Source: an uncultured Opitutales bacterium (lineage in GTDB: Bacteria; Verrucomicrobiota; Verrucomicrobiia; Opitutales; JABDGR01). From it: 64,000 nucleotides of DNA. Shown here piece by piece: positions 44,088 to 53,020 of this stretch. The stretch covers positions 26,500 through 90,499 of the forward strand of contig CAZLRH010000008.1 in the NCBI GenBank assembly GCA_964562015.1, in the 5' to 3' direction. A program made the position numbers and the translations under genes. The notes beneath the pieces are model-generated. The model was given only the letters and a program-made list of their open reading frames with translations, was not told the DNA's origin and ran no database searches. Each line of letters opens with the position of its first letter. Position 1 is the stretch's first letter.

Positions 44088-46280
44088 CTACTTGCCCGCG
44101 ACGAAGACCAGCTTAAAACTGTTCGGCTTCGTGGTGAGCGTGAGGCGGATTTTCCCGGTCTTGCTCAAACCCTTGAACGTGCCCTTCGCGCTTTGCACGG
44201 TGTAGGAAAGCGTGACGGCTTTGCCGGTGAAGGACTGCGGCCACGCGCCATTGAGCGTCAGCACCGCCTGGCCCTTGGCATTCTTGAGCGTTAGCGTGCC
44301 ACGGGCATTGCCGCCGACGATAAAGCCGGGCGTGTGCAAGTTTCCCGTGACGGTCGCGCCACCCAACTTCGCCAAGGTGCCCGCGCCGGTGAATTTGAAG
44401 ATGCTGCCGGTGTCGGGGTTGGCCGTCGTGCGGGTGTAGCTGCCGCGCGCAGAGCCAGTCAGCGACGCGGAACTATCCGGCAATTTGCTGCCGCCGGTCA
44501 TATATACAATCCGGGGATCGAAAGTCGGGTCGGTCGTCGGGTCAGGATTGATGCCCGGATCGGGAACAGACAAGTCCTGCAAAACAAAGTTGTCAAAGGA
44601 AGTGCCAGTAAAGCCATACAAGCCGACTTCGCCGTGGGTGAACGTATCGTCCGTCACAGTAACCGCCGGGTCGCTCGCGCCATTGACATAAACAGAGGTG
44701 ACGTTGCCGTGGACCTCGATGCGCAGATGGGCGTTCTCGACGCCGGGCTCGCTGAAAATGTCCCCGGCATCAGCTATGACCGGCTGGACATGGCCGTCCT
44801 TGACGATTTGGAAATAAAGCAAATGCCCCGGCGTGCCGCCCGGCCAAGTGTAAGGATCTTCGCCCACGACCGCGGCATCAGGCGCCTGGAGACCCAAGGT
44901 GTCATCGTCTGTGGAAGGGGATGAACTACCGACCAATCCTCCTAAAGTCAAAACGCCACCATCCCCGGCGGTCAATGTGCCGTTAAAAGGGCTGACCCCG
45001 CCAGGAACACCCAACAGGCGGAGACCCAGTCCACGCCCAACCACATTGCCAGTGACATTGAAGGAAAACCCATCGGTATGGCTTAAAATGAAATTGTTAA
45101 CCGCATTCTGATCGAGATAGGTAAAACTGTTGCTCGAAGAATAGGAATTGGTATCAAGCGTAAGACTGCCACCAACCCCGCCGCCTCCCAGGATGTAAGT
45201 TATAGCCCCACCCCCACCATTGTAGGAGGGGCCACCCGCACCGGACTGACCAACCCAAGTGGTGTTACCTACACTCCCCGCACTCACCACATTGCCATGG
45301 GCGGCGGCCCAGCCGTTGCCGCCGACGACGAGGAGCAGGCCGTTTTGGCCGGTGGAGTCGGCATGGATCCAGACGCCGCCGTCGCTGACTTTGTTCACGT
45401 CCACTTCGGCGATAAAATCGGTCAGATCGTAGGGCAGGCCGCTGAAATTAACCGGATCGTCGATGTTGTCTTCGTTGACCGTATAGGTGCCGTTGACCAC
45501 TTCATAATCGCCGCGCGTATTGCTCCAAAGGGGCGAGACGCCATCGTCAAAGTTGTCCGAAAAGTCGGCGCGAATGGGCGGCAAGGGCTCGGGCGGCGGA
45601 ATCGGCGCGGGCAATGCGGGCAAAACTTCGAGAACGAAATTATCAAAAGGGCTGCCGAGGGTTCCATAAAGCCCCGGGCGGCCATGGGTGTAGGTGTCGT
45701 CGGTAAGGGTGGCGGTCGGCGTGGCACTGCCGTTGACAAAAACGTTGGTGACATTGCCCGCGACCTCAACGCGGATATGCGCGGACTCCACGCCCGGTTG
45801 CGTAAACACACCCGTGACTTCGCCCAGAATCGGGCCGGGTTGGCCATTTTTCACGACGTGAAAGTAAAGCGACGTACCCGCGCTACCACCCGGCCCACCG
45901 TTGGCATAACCATTTCCGCCGATGACCAGCAGGAGGCCATTCAGGCCCTTGGCGTCGGCATGAATCCAAATTCCACCGTCGCCCACCGGGGTGACATCCA
46001 CGTCCACGTTGAAGTCCGTCAAGTCATAGGGCAACCCGCTGAAATTAAGCGGATCCTGGACATGATTCTCGCCGACGGTGTAAGTGCCATTGACGACTTG
46101 GTAATCGCCCCGCGTATTGCTCCAGGCCGGCGACGCGCCGCCGTCAAAATTGTCGGAAAAAGAGGTGTTGCTGACGGAGCTGTCCGCGAGCGCCAGCAAG
46201 GGCAGGCCGAGGCACCAAAGCAGAGCTGCAAGCTTGCGCGCGAGCATAAGAAAACGGGAGACGGGGTGAGCCAAGGCCAT
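44088..46280 (-). CDS. Secreted protein with two concanavalin/LamG-like (DUF1080-style) domains; the second is interrupted by a Gly-rich insert
   Basis: Signal peptide. FSDNFDGGASPAWSNTRGDYQVVNGTYTV... and FSDNFDDGVSPLWSNTRGDYEVVNGTYTV... repeats each end in ...THG.(P/V)GLYG...FDNFVL. Confidence 0.55.
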   Translation of the reverse strand: MALAHPVSRFLMLARKLAALLWCLGLPLLALADSSVSNTSFSDNFDGGASPAWSNTRGDYQVVNGTYTVGENHVQDPLNFSGLPYDLTDFNVDVDVTPVGDGGIWIHADAKGLNGLLLVIGGNGYANGGPGGSAGTSLYFHVVKNGQPGPILGEVTGVFTQPGVESAHIRVEVAGNVTNVFVNGSATPTATLTDDTYTHGRPGLYGTLGSPFDNFVLEVLPALPAPIPPPEPLPPIRADFSDNFDDGVSPLWSNTRGDYEVVNGTYTVNEDNIDDPVNFSGLPYDLTDFIAEVDVNKVSDGGVWIHADSTGQNGLLLVVGGNGWAAAHGNVVSAGSVGNTTWVGQSGAGGPSYNGGGGAITYILGGGGVGGSLTLDTNSYSSSNSFTYLDQNAVNNFILSHTDGFSFNVTGNVVGRGLGLRLLGVPGGVSPFNGTLTAGDGGVLTLGGLVGSSSPSTDDDTLGLQAPDAAVVGEDPYTWPGGTPGHLLYFQIVKDGHVQPVIADAGDIFSEPGVENAHLRIEVHGNVTSVYVNGASDPAVTVTDDTFTHGEVGLYGFTGTSFDNFVLQDLSVPDPGINPDPTTDPTFDPRIVYMTGGSKLPDSSASLTGSARGSYTRTTANPDTGSIFKFTGAGTLAKLGGATVTGNLHTPGFIVGGNARGTLTLKNAKGQAVLTLNGAWPQSFTGKAVTLSYTVQSAKGTFKGLSKTGKIRLTLTTKPNSFKLVFVAGK

Positions 46281-46350
46281 AGGTTAGGCCTTTCCGTAAA
46301 TTCCGACAAGCGCAAAACCACATTCCCGGCGGTTTTATATCATGATCGTT

Positions 46351-47826
46351 TCAATCCTTGTCCCACGGCAGGCGGACCTTCACGGGCGTGTATTTCCAGA
46401 CCGAGACCGGGCTAAAAATTTGGCCGGGATTCAGGATGCCGCGCGGGTCGAGGGCTTTTTTAATCGCGAGCATCGCGCGGATTTCCGCCGGGCGGTGCTG
46501 CCTGCGCAAAAAAGGCGACTTCGACAGGCCGATGCCGTGCTCGCCGGTAATCGCGCCGCCGAGGGCAACGACCTTTTTCATCAGCGCCGCCACGCCGCGC
46601 TCGGCCTGTTTGCGCTCCTGCGGGTCGGCGCGGTGGTACATGAGGTGGACATGAAAATTGCCGTCCATCGCGTGGCCGAAAGTGGGTGTGGCGAGACCGG
46701 TGGCGCGTTTCAATACACGCGTGTAGCGGAGCAGTTCCAGATAGCGGCGCGGCGGCACTACAATGTCCTCATTGAGTTTCGCGTCGCCCATCTGGAACAT
46801 CGCCTGCGAGCAGGTGCGGCGCGCGCGCCAGAATTCGGCGGCTTCGGCGGGGTCGGCCGTGTCGCGCACAGCGAGGGCGCCCTGGGCCCGCAAAACTTCC
46901 GCGACGGCGGTGCGTTGCGCCGCGACCTCCGCGACGACGCCATCGACCTCGATCAACAAGAGCGAGGCCTTCGGCGCTTCAGGAAAAACGGGCCGGCCCC
47001 AGCGGCGTTCCGTGCATTCGACGGACTGGCGGTCGAGAAACTCCAAAATCGCGGGCACGAGGCGCGCGCGCATGAGGGCGAGCACGGTGCGAAGGGCGGC
47101 GGCCTCGTCCTTAAACGCCGCCAAAAACGTGTGCCGCGCGCCGGGCCGGACCACGAGCCGCAGGCTGGCGCGTGTGATGACGCCCAAGGTCCCGGCGCTG
47201 CCGATCCACAAGTCGCGCAAATTGTAGCCCGAGGCAAATTTCCGCAAAGGCGCACCCCAGCGCACCGCTTCGCCCGTCGGCAAAAAACCCTCGAGCGCCA
47301 TGACATAATCCCGCGTCACGCCATATTTCGCGCCGCGCAAACCGCCGGCGTTGAGCGCGAGATTCCCGCCAATAGTGCAATAGTGCAGCGACGACGGATC
47401 CGGCGGATAAAACCAGCCGTGTTTCGCGGCGGCGGCATCGATGTCGGCGGTGACTGCGCCGGCCTCGACGTGTGCGATGCCCGCGAGCGCGTCGATTTTG
47501 ATTTTCTTCCACTGCGACAAATCCAGCACCCAGCCATGGCGCACGGGACAGGCGGAGCCGGTGGTCGAAGTGCCCGCGCCGCGCGGCGTGACGGGAACAC
47601 GGTATTTATTTGCCAGCCGCAGGAGCGTCGCGACGGCCGCGTCGTTTTTCGGAAACACCACGGCGGCAGGGAGGAAGGAAAGCCGCAGATTGTCGAGGGA
47701 GGCGCCGAAGCGTGCGGCCTCATCGGTGCGCACTTGTGCGGAGCCCAGCGCGCGCAGGAGAGCACGGGTGGCGGAGGCGAAGGGAGCAGGCTGTTTCCTC
47801 GGTTGCACGGCATTCAGACCTAACAT
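46351..47826 (-). CDS. FAD-linked oxidase (GlcD / D-lactate dehydrogenase family)
   Basis: PCMH-type FAD-binding region (VPVTPRGAGTSTTGSA), and C-terminal HAMDGNFHV and GGAITGEHGIGL motifs. Confidence 0.85.
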   Translation of the reverse strand: MLGLNAVQPRKQPAPFASATRALLRALGSAQVRTDEAARFGASLDNLRLSFLPAAVVFPKNDAAVATLLRLANKYRVPVTPRGAGTSTTGSACPVRHGWVLDLSQWKKIKIDALAGIAHVEAGAVTADIDAAAAKHGWFYPPDPSSLHYCTIGGNLALNAGGLRGAKYGVTRDYVMALEGFLPTGEAVRWGAPLRKFASGYNLRDLWIGSAGTLGVITRASLRLVVRPGARHTFLAAFKDEAAALRTVLALMRARLVPAILEFLDRQSVECTERRWGRPVFPEAPKASLLLIEVDGVVAEVAAQRTAVAEVLRAQGALAVRDTADPAEAAEFWRARRTCSQAMFQMGDAKLNEDIVVPPRRYLELLRYTRVLKRATGLATPTFGHAMDGNFHVHLMYHRADPQERKQAERGVAALMKKVVALGGAITGEHGIGLSKSPFLRRQHRPAEIRAMLAIKKALDPRGILNPGQIFSPVSVWKYTPVKVRLPWDKD

Positions 47827-47868
47827 CCCGAGACCGAAACACCACGAAAAAAACGGTACTTCATCTGT

Positions 47869-48336
47869 TCAGAGCCAATCAAAATGCAAGGCGTGACGAA
47901 TGAAGTAACGATACTGCAAGATTGCCGAGCCAAACAACAAAAGCGACCACACCCACTTCGTCCGCCAGCGTTCAGACCGCACGATGAAATAAAATAACAC
48001 CAAGTTGCACAGATTGAAGAGGAATCCACCCGTTCCGGCAAACAAACTCCCTATGGCCACGGCAAGCGGCGCCCACAGTGAGAAGAGGAGCGCTTCCACC
48101 AGCGACGGAATATTCCCCGGGTATTCGGGGAAATGATAGGAGCCCACGCCAAAACCCAGTCCAGCCGACATCCAAGCAAGGACCACGGCCAATGAATTTT
48201 CAAAAAACGCCGACACAAACATTGTTTCTTCCGACGGCCCGACGGTTATCGAATGTTCCGGCTCAACCCTAAAATGAACAGACTCGCGCTCTGAAACACC
48301 TTTGGCCGTCGAAGGATGAGTAGGTTTCATATCCAT
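47869..48336 (-). CDS. Hypothetical membrane protein (low-GC islet)
   Basis: 155-aa ORF with about four hydrophobic helices. No recognised motif. Confidence 0.4.
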   Translation of the reverse strand: MDMKPTHPSTAKGVSERESVHFRVEPEHSITVGPSEETMFVSAFFENSLAVVLAWMSAGLGFGVGSYHFPEYPGNIPSLVEALLFSLWAPLAVAIGSLFAGTGGFLFNLCNLVLFYFIVRSERWRTKWVWSLLLFGSAILQYRYFIRHALHFDWL

Positions 48337-48422
48337 GAAGGATTGGCCAGGAACTACCAGAGTAGGAAGGTGAACTTTCCCGCTAATTCAAGAATACGGA
48401 CTATCACAAATAGCAGAAATCT

Positions 48423-49961
48423 TCACCCATGATGCCTGGCGACGGTTTCTGCGAGGGCGGCGAATTCGTCCTTGAGCTTAGGATAGAGCGCGCGGAAGCG
48501 GGGATAATAATCGCGGTACACGAGGGAGTTGCGGCCGGGGGCGGTGCGGCCCGTGATTTTCACCGCCGCGGCGCAGGCGTCCTCGACGGTTTTCCAGACT
48601 TTCGCGCCGACGCCCGCGAGCAACGCCGCGCCATAGGCCGAGCCGTCGTTGGTGCTGACGGTGAGGATGGGCGTCTCGAAATTATCCGCGAGCAACTGCC
48701 GCCAGAGCGGACTGCGCGCGCCGCCGCCCGAAACCACGACTTCGGTGGGCGTAATGCCCAACCCGCGCATGAGTTCGAGTGAATCGCGCAGGCCGTAGGT
48801 CACGCCTTCGAGCACGGCGCGTGTGAGGTGCGCCTTCGTGTGCCGCAGCGAGAGGCCAAAGAAAACTCCACGGGCATTCGGATCGGGATGGGGCGTGCGC
48901 TCGCCCGAAAGATACGGGAGGAAGAGCAGGCCCTCGGAGCCGGCGGGCGCTTTCGCGGCGGCGGCGGTGAGCAAATCGTAGGCGTTGCCCTCGCCGGCCA
49001 GTTCGCGGGCTTTTTCCTCGCCGCCGAGCGTGTTCTTGTACCATTGCAGCGAACCCGCGCTCGAAAGCTGCACGCCCATGAGGTGCCACTTGCCCGGCAC
49101 GGCGTGGCAAAACGCATGCAGGCGGCCCTGCGGCTCGGGATTGTATTTGTCCGCATGGGCGAAGACGACGCCGGAAGTCCCCAGCGTGCAGGAAACGACG
49201 CCCGTTTTCACAATGCCGCAGCCGACCGCACCGGCCGCCTGGTCGCCTGCGCCCGCGATGATGGGCGTGCCCGCGCGCAGCCCCGTGGCCTTTGCGCCGG
49301 CGGCGGAGACTTTCGTCGAGGCCACGGGCGACTCCGTCACATCCGCGAGCCAACTGCGTTTCACTTTGCAGGCGGCCAGCATCTCCGCGGACCACTTGCG
49401 CTTCGCGACATCCAGGAGCGACATGCCCGAGGCGTCGGACACGTCGGTGAAAAATTCGCCGGACAATTTGTAGCGGATATAATCTTTCGGCAGGAGAATT
49501 TTCGCGACGCGGCGAAAAACGTCCGGTTCATGCTCGGCGACCCAGAGGATTTTCGGCGCGGTGAAACCGGGGAGAACGGGATTGCCGGTGAGTTCGAGCA
49601 CGCGTTTGCGGCCTACTTCCTTGGTCAGCGCCGCGCATTGGAGGGCGGTGCGCTGGTCGTTCCACATGATGCAGGGACGCAACACCTCGCCTTGGGCGTC
49701 GAGGAGCACGAGCCCGTGCATCTGGCCCGTGAGGCCGACGCCTGCAATTTCGCGCGGCTTGACGCCGGTCGTGGCAAAAAGTTCGCGTAGCGCCGTGACG
49801 ACGGCGTTCCACCAGTCGGCGGGATTGGATTCAGCCCAGGACGGCTTCGGCGTGCGAAAGGCGTAGGCGGGGGCCGTGGTGAACACGACCCGCCCGGTGG
49901 CGTCAATGAGGACAGTCTTGGCGGACGTTGTGCCGACATCGAGGCCGATGAGGTAGGACAT
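48423..49961 (-). CDS. xylB: Xylulokinase (FGGY family)
   Basis: MSYLIGLDVGTTSAKTVL. GQMHGLVLLD, and the GGGARSPLWRQLLAD C-terminal FGGY motif. It lies adjacent to xylA. Confidence 0.85.
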   Translation of the reverse strand: MSYLIGLDVGTTSAKTVLIDATGRVVFTTAPAYAFRTPKPSWAESNPADWWNAVVTALRELFATTGVKPREIAGVGLTGQMHGLVLLDAQGEVLRPCIMWNDQRTALQCAALTKEVGRKRVLELTGNPVLPGFTAPKILWVAEHEPDVFRRVAKILLPKDYIRYKLSGEFFTDVSDASGMSLLDVAKRKWSAEMLAACKVKRSWLADVTESPVASTKVSAAGAKATGLRAGTPIIAGAGDQAAGAVGCGIVKTGVVSCTLGTSGVVFAHADKYNPEPQGRLHAFCHAVPGKWHLMGVQLSSAGSLQWYKNTLGGEEKARELAGEGNAYDLLTAAAAKAPAGSEGLLFLPYLSGERTPHPDPNARGVFFGLSLRHTKAHLTRAVLEGVTYGLRDSLELMRGLGITPTEVVVSGGGARSPLWRQLLADNFETPILTVSTNDGSAYGAALLAGVGAKVWKTVEDACAAAVKITGRTAPGRNSLVYRDYYPRFRALYPKLKDEFAALAETVARHHG

Positions 49962-49984
49962 GGGGAAGAAAAAGAAGGAAGCGG

Positions 49985-50418
49985 AACCGCAGATTACGCA
50001 GATGAACGCAGATGATAATTGTGCACCATTCTCTCGTACTCAAGTCTGGGCGCACCAAAATTCAACAGCAACGCCCGAGGGAAGCCGGTTGCCCGTAAAT
50101 AATGAATGACCTGAGCCTGCTCAATGGCCGAAATTTTCTGAATGGCCTTGAGTTCAACTATGATGGAACCCATGCATACAAAATCAGCCCTGTAATTGCA
50201 GGGTAAAATAGTCGATTTGTAAACGATCGGCAAAGACCTTTCCCGTTCAAAGGGAATACCCCGTGCCGCCAATTCGATGGCCATGGCCTCCGGATAAACA
50301 TTTTCCAAAAACCCGTGCCCCAGTGCGCCATGCACACCCATGGCCGCACCGATAATCGCATAGGTCTCCGGATCGCGTTCGGATTTTGCATCTGCGTTCA
50401 TCTGCGATACCTGCGGTT
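49985..50418 (-). mobile_element. GxxExxY cassette 1: ORF bounded by 30-nt inverted repeats that fill the xylA-xylB spacer
   Basis: Left arm 49985-50014 aaccgcagattacgcagatgaacgcagatg. Reverse complement of right arm 50389-50418 is aaccgcaggtatcgcagatgaacgcagatg (27/30). The arms are three CGCAGAT-type units. The ORF start and stop codons lie inside the arms. Confidence 0.6.
49994..50401 (-). CDS. GxxExxY protein (PD-(D/E)XK nuclease-like superfamily)
   Basis: GFLENVY motif in ...VHGALGHGFLENVYPEAMAIELAARGIPFERE..., then ...DFVCMGSIIVELKA... 135 aa. Confidence 0.85.
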   Translation of the reverse strand: MNADAKSERDPETYAIIGAAMGVHGALGHGFLENVYPEAMAIELAARGIPFERERSLPIVYKSTILPCNYRADFVCMGSIIVELKAIQKISAIEQAQVIHYLRATGFPRALLLNFGAPRLEYERMVHNYHLRSSA

Positions 50419-50423
50419 ACAGT

Positions 50424-51731
50424 TCAGATAAACTCATTAAAAATATTCTCCAGCAGTTCCTGGCGGCCGGAGGCGAGGGTCGGCGGTTTGATTTTCAGCG
50501 CGTACTCATTGAGTTCAGCAAGGCTGGTCTGGCCTTTTTCAATCTTCCGGCCGATGCCCTCATTCCAGCTCGCGTAACGTTCGCGGATGAATTGTTGCAT
50601 GCGTCCGTCCGCGCGAAGGGCGGCAGCCGCTTTCAGGCCGCGGGCAAAGGTGTCCATGCCGCCGATGTGCGCATGGAAGAGGTCCGCTGGCTCGTGCGAT
50701 TCGCGGCGGCGCTTGGCGTCGAAATTCAGGCCGCCGGTGGTGAAGCCGCCCATGCCCAGCACCACGAGCATGACCTCGGTGGCGAGGTAGAGGTCGGTGG
50801 GAAACTGGTCCGTGTCCCAGCCCACGAGTTCGTCGCCGCGATTGGCGTCGATCGAACCGAGCGCGCCGGCGTTGGCCGCGACGGTGAGCTCGTGGCGCAT
50901 CGTGTGCAGGGCAAGCGTGGCGTGGTTGGTCTCGATGTTGAGCTTGAAATACGAGAGCAGGCCGTATTCGCGCAAGAAATTCAGGCACGCGGCGGCGTCG
51001 GAATCATACTGGTGGGTGGAGGGTTCACGCGGCTTGGGCTCGATGTAAAACTGGCCGGTGAAACCGATCTTTTTCTTGTGCTCCACGGCGAGGTGCAGCA
51101 GGCGCGCGAGGTGGTCGAGCTCGCGCTTCATGTCGGTGTTGAGCAGCGAGGCATAGCCCTCGCGCCCGCCCCAGAACACGTAGCCGAGGCCGCCCAGCTC
51201 ATGCGTCGCCTCCAAGGCGGCCTTCACCTGCGCGGCGGCGTAAGCGAAAACATCGGCGTTGGGCGAAGTGGCCGCGCCCTGCGCATAACGCGGGTGCGCG
51301 AACAGGCATGCCGTGCCCCAGAGGAGCCGTTTGCCCGTGCGCTTCTGCTCGGCCTTGAGCGTCTTCACCACGGCGGCCAGATTGCGGTGCGATTCCGCCA
51401 GGGTAGCGCCCTCGGGGGCGACATCGCGATCGTGGAAACAATAGTAATCGATGCCCATTTTTTCCAGGAATTCGAAAAACACCCGCACGCGCTTTTGCGC
51501 GTTGGGCACGGAGTTCGAGCCATCGTCCCACGGCATCAAGGCGGTGGGCCCGCCAAAGGGGTCGGCCAGGCCGTTTCTCATGCAATGCCAGTAGGCGGCG
51601 CCGAAGCGCAGGTGGTCGCGCATCGGGCGGCCGGCGACTTTTTCGTCGGCCCGGTAGTGCTTGAACGCAAACGGGTTTTTGGACTTCGGGCCTTCGTAGG
51701 CGATGACGGGAATCTGCGGGAACGCGGGCAT
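50424..51731 (-). CDS. xylA: Xylose isomerase
   Basis: Start reset to [30 protein letters not shown], FxIEPKPxEP and HATLA motifs. 435 aa, typical of class II XylA. Confidence 0.93.
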   Translation of the reverse strand: MPAFPQIPVIAYEGPKSKNPFAFKHYRADEKVAGRPMRDHLRFGAAYWHCMRNGLADPFGGPTALMPWDDGSNSVPNAQKRVRVFFEFLEKMGIDYYCFHDRDVAPEGATLAESHRNLAAVVKTLKAEQKRTGKRLLWGTACLFAHPRYAQGAATSPNADVFAYAAAQVKAALEATHELGGLGYVFWGGREGYASLLNTDMKRELDHLARLLHLAVEHKKKIGFTGQFYIEPKPREPSTHQYDSDAAACLNFLREYGLLSYFKLNIETNHATLALHTMRHELTVAANAGALGSIDANRGDELVGWDTDQFPTDLYLATEVMLVVLGMGGFTTGGLNFDAKRRRESHEPADLFHAHIGGMDTFARGLKAAAALRADGRMQQFIRERYASWNEGIGRKIEKGQTSLAELNEYALKIKPPTLASGRQELLENIFNEFI

Positions 51732-51884
51732 GAGGCGGGTAAGTTTGCGCCCGGCGGGCATCGCCGCGCGCGGGGTTGTCTTAGCCGCGAAAAGCGCGCG
51801 CTGTCGAGGCATTCCAGCCATCAAGCCCCAACCCGCGTAATTTCGCGCCCACCTCACTTTTCCTTGCCCGCAAGACGGCGTGAT

Positions 51885-52880
51885 TTAGTTCGCGGGCGCC
51901 GGGCTCGCATGCACCACCACCTTGTGCACTGGCACACGCATAAGCCGCACGCGCGGAGAACGCGACGACGAATCCCGCGGAGCGTCGTCTTTAGCGGTCG
52001 CGAAAACGCCACTGGTGAGGGAGCCCCGGCCAATCACCGTCGGATTGCCGTAACCCTTGATAAAGGAAATGTACGCGGAGACGCGTGTGAAGCCGCTCAG
52101 CCACCCATATGTGTCCTCCTGGCTCGAACCGCGGGATTGCTCGCCGAAAGAGTTCACGCCCGCGACGGCCCACTGGCCGTTGACCTGCACCCACAAGCCG
52201 CCGCCGCTGTCCCCCGGCCCAAGCGTGCTTTCGTAAGTGATGGGGGACTTGTCGCCAAAGGTGCTTTTCGACGGGTTGTTCGGCATGTCGAAATCCGTCT
52301 CCAGGACGGTCTTGCTGACGAAATCAATGGTGTTGGTGCCGGCAAGTTTGCGGGTGTTGGTGACGGAACTGCCGATCGTGCCGTTGCCGGTGTCGCCAAA
52401 GCCCACCAACGTGCCCAACTGGCCCTTTTCCTTGGTGCCGCCATACAACACCGCCGGCTTGACGGAGCTGTTGGTGCTCAATTTCGCCACGGAGATGTCG
52501 TTGTCGAGGGTGAAGGCATTGTATTTCGGATGCACGTGCACGACGCCGGGCGTCTGGAAATCAATCCGCAGGTTTTCCCCACCGAGGATAAAGCGCACGC
52601 GTTTGGCGCCGGTCAGGGCGTTCTTGTCGAACACATGGCCCGCGCTCATGACCAGGTTCGGCGTGATGAGCGTGGCCGAGGCAATCGGCTCGTAGCCAAA
52701 ACCGTAATCAATCTGGATCATGCCCACGGCCTTGAACTGGCCGGCCTTGCCCAAGCTTACTAATTTATTATAACTGATATTATCCCGCACCACCACGGCG
52801 CGCGCGGGCGCGACGGCGGCCAGGGCGGCCAGAAGTGCAAGCAGCCAAACACGGGCCGGGGGCGGGAGGCGGGTAATCAT
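51885..52880 (-). CDS. Secreted trypsin-like serine protease (S1 family)
   Basis: Signal peptide. Catalytic triad contexts MSAGHVF (His), NDISVAKL (Asp) and GDSGGGLW (Ser). Confidence 0.8.
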   Translation of the reverse strand: MITRLPPPARVWLLALLAALAAVAPARAVVVRDNISYNKLVSLGKAGQFKAVGMIQIDYGFGYEPIASATLITPNLVMSAGHVFDKNALTGAKRVRFILGGENLRIDFQTPGVVHVHPKYNAFTLDNDISVAKLSTNSSVKPAVLYGGTKEKGQLGTLVGFGDTGNGTIGSSVTNTRKLAGTNTIDFVSKTVLETDFDMPNNPSKSTFGDKSPITYESTLGPGDSGGGLWVQVNGQWAVAGVNSFGEQSRGSSQEDTYGWLSGFTRVSAYISFIKGYGNPTVIGRGSLTSGVFATAKDDAPRDSSSRSPRVRLMRVPVHKVVVHASPAPAN

Positions 52881-53020
52881 GCGCGGAGAGCTTAGCGGGG
52901 AGCGAAAAAGGTGTCAAACTTCCAGCGCCCGCCGGAAAGCATTTGGGGTAAGAGCGCGCACCCGGAACATTTGTTCCCGGGATTTGCACCCCCACCACCA
53001 CCACGCTGGCGCGGCGGGCT

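Noticed and set aside
46281-46350. Sigma-54-like TGG...TTG pattern upstream of the LamG gene, and TGGCA-containing sites near 5020, 6310, 13215 and 37795
   Set aside because: They have wrong spacing or lack the TTGC -12 element. Only the 34514 site matches both elements with correct spacing.
50592-52763. 723-aa plus-strand ORF
   Set aside because: It spans the antisense of two unrelated, well-supported minus-strand genes (xylA and the S1 protease) and the spacer between them. It has no motifs and an R/G/A-rich composition.
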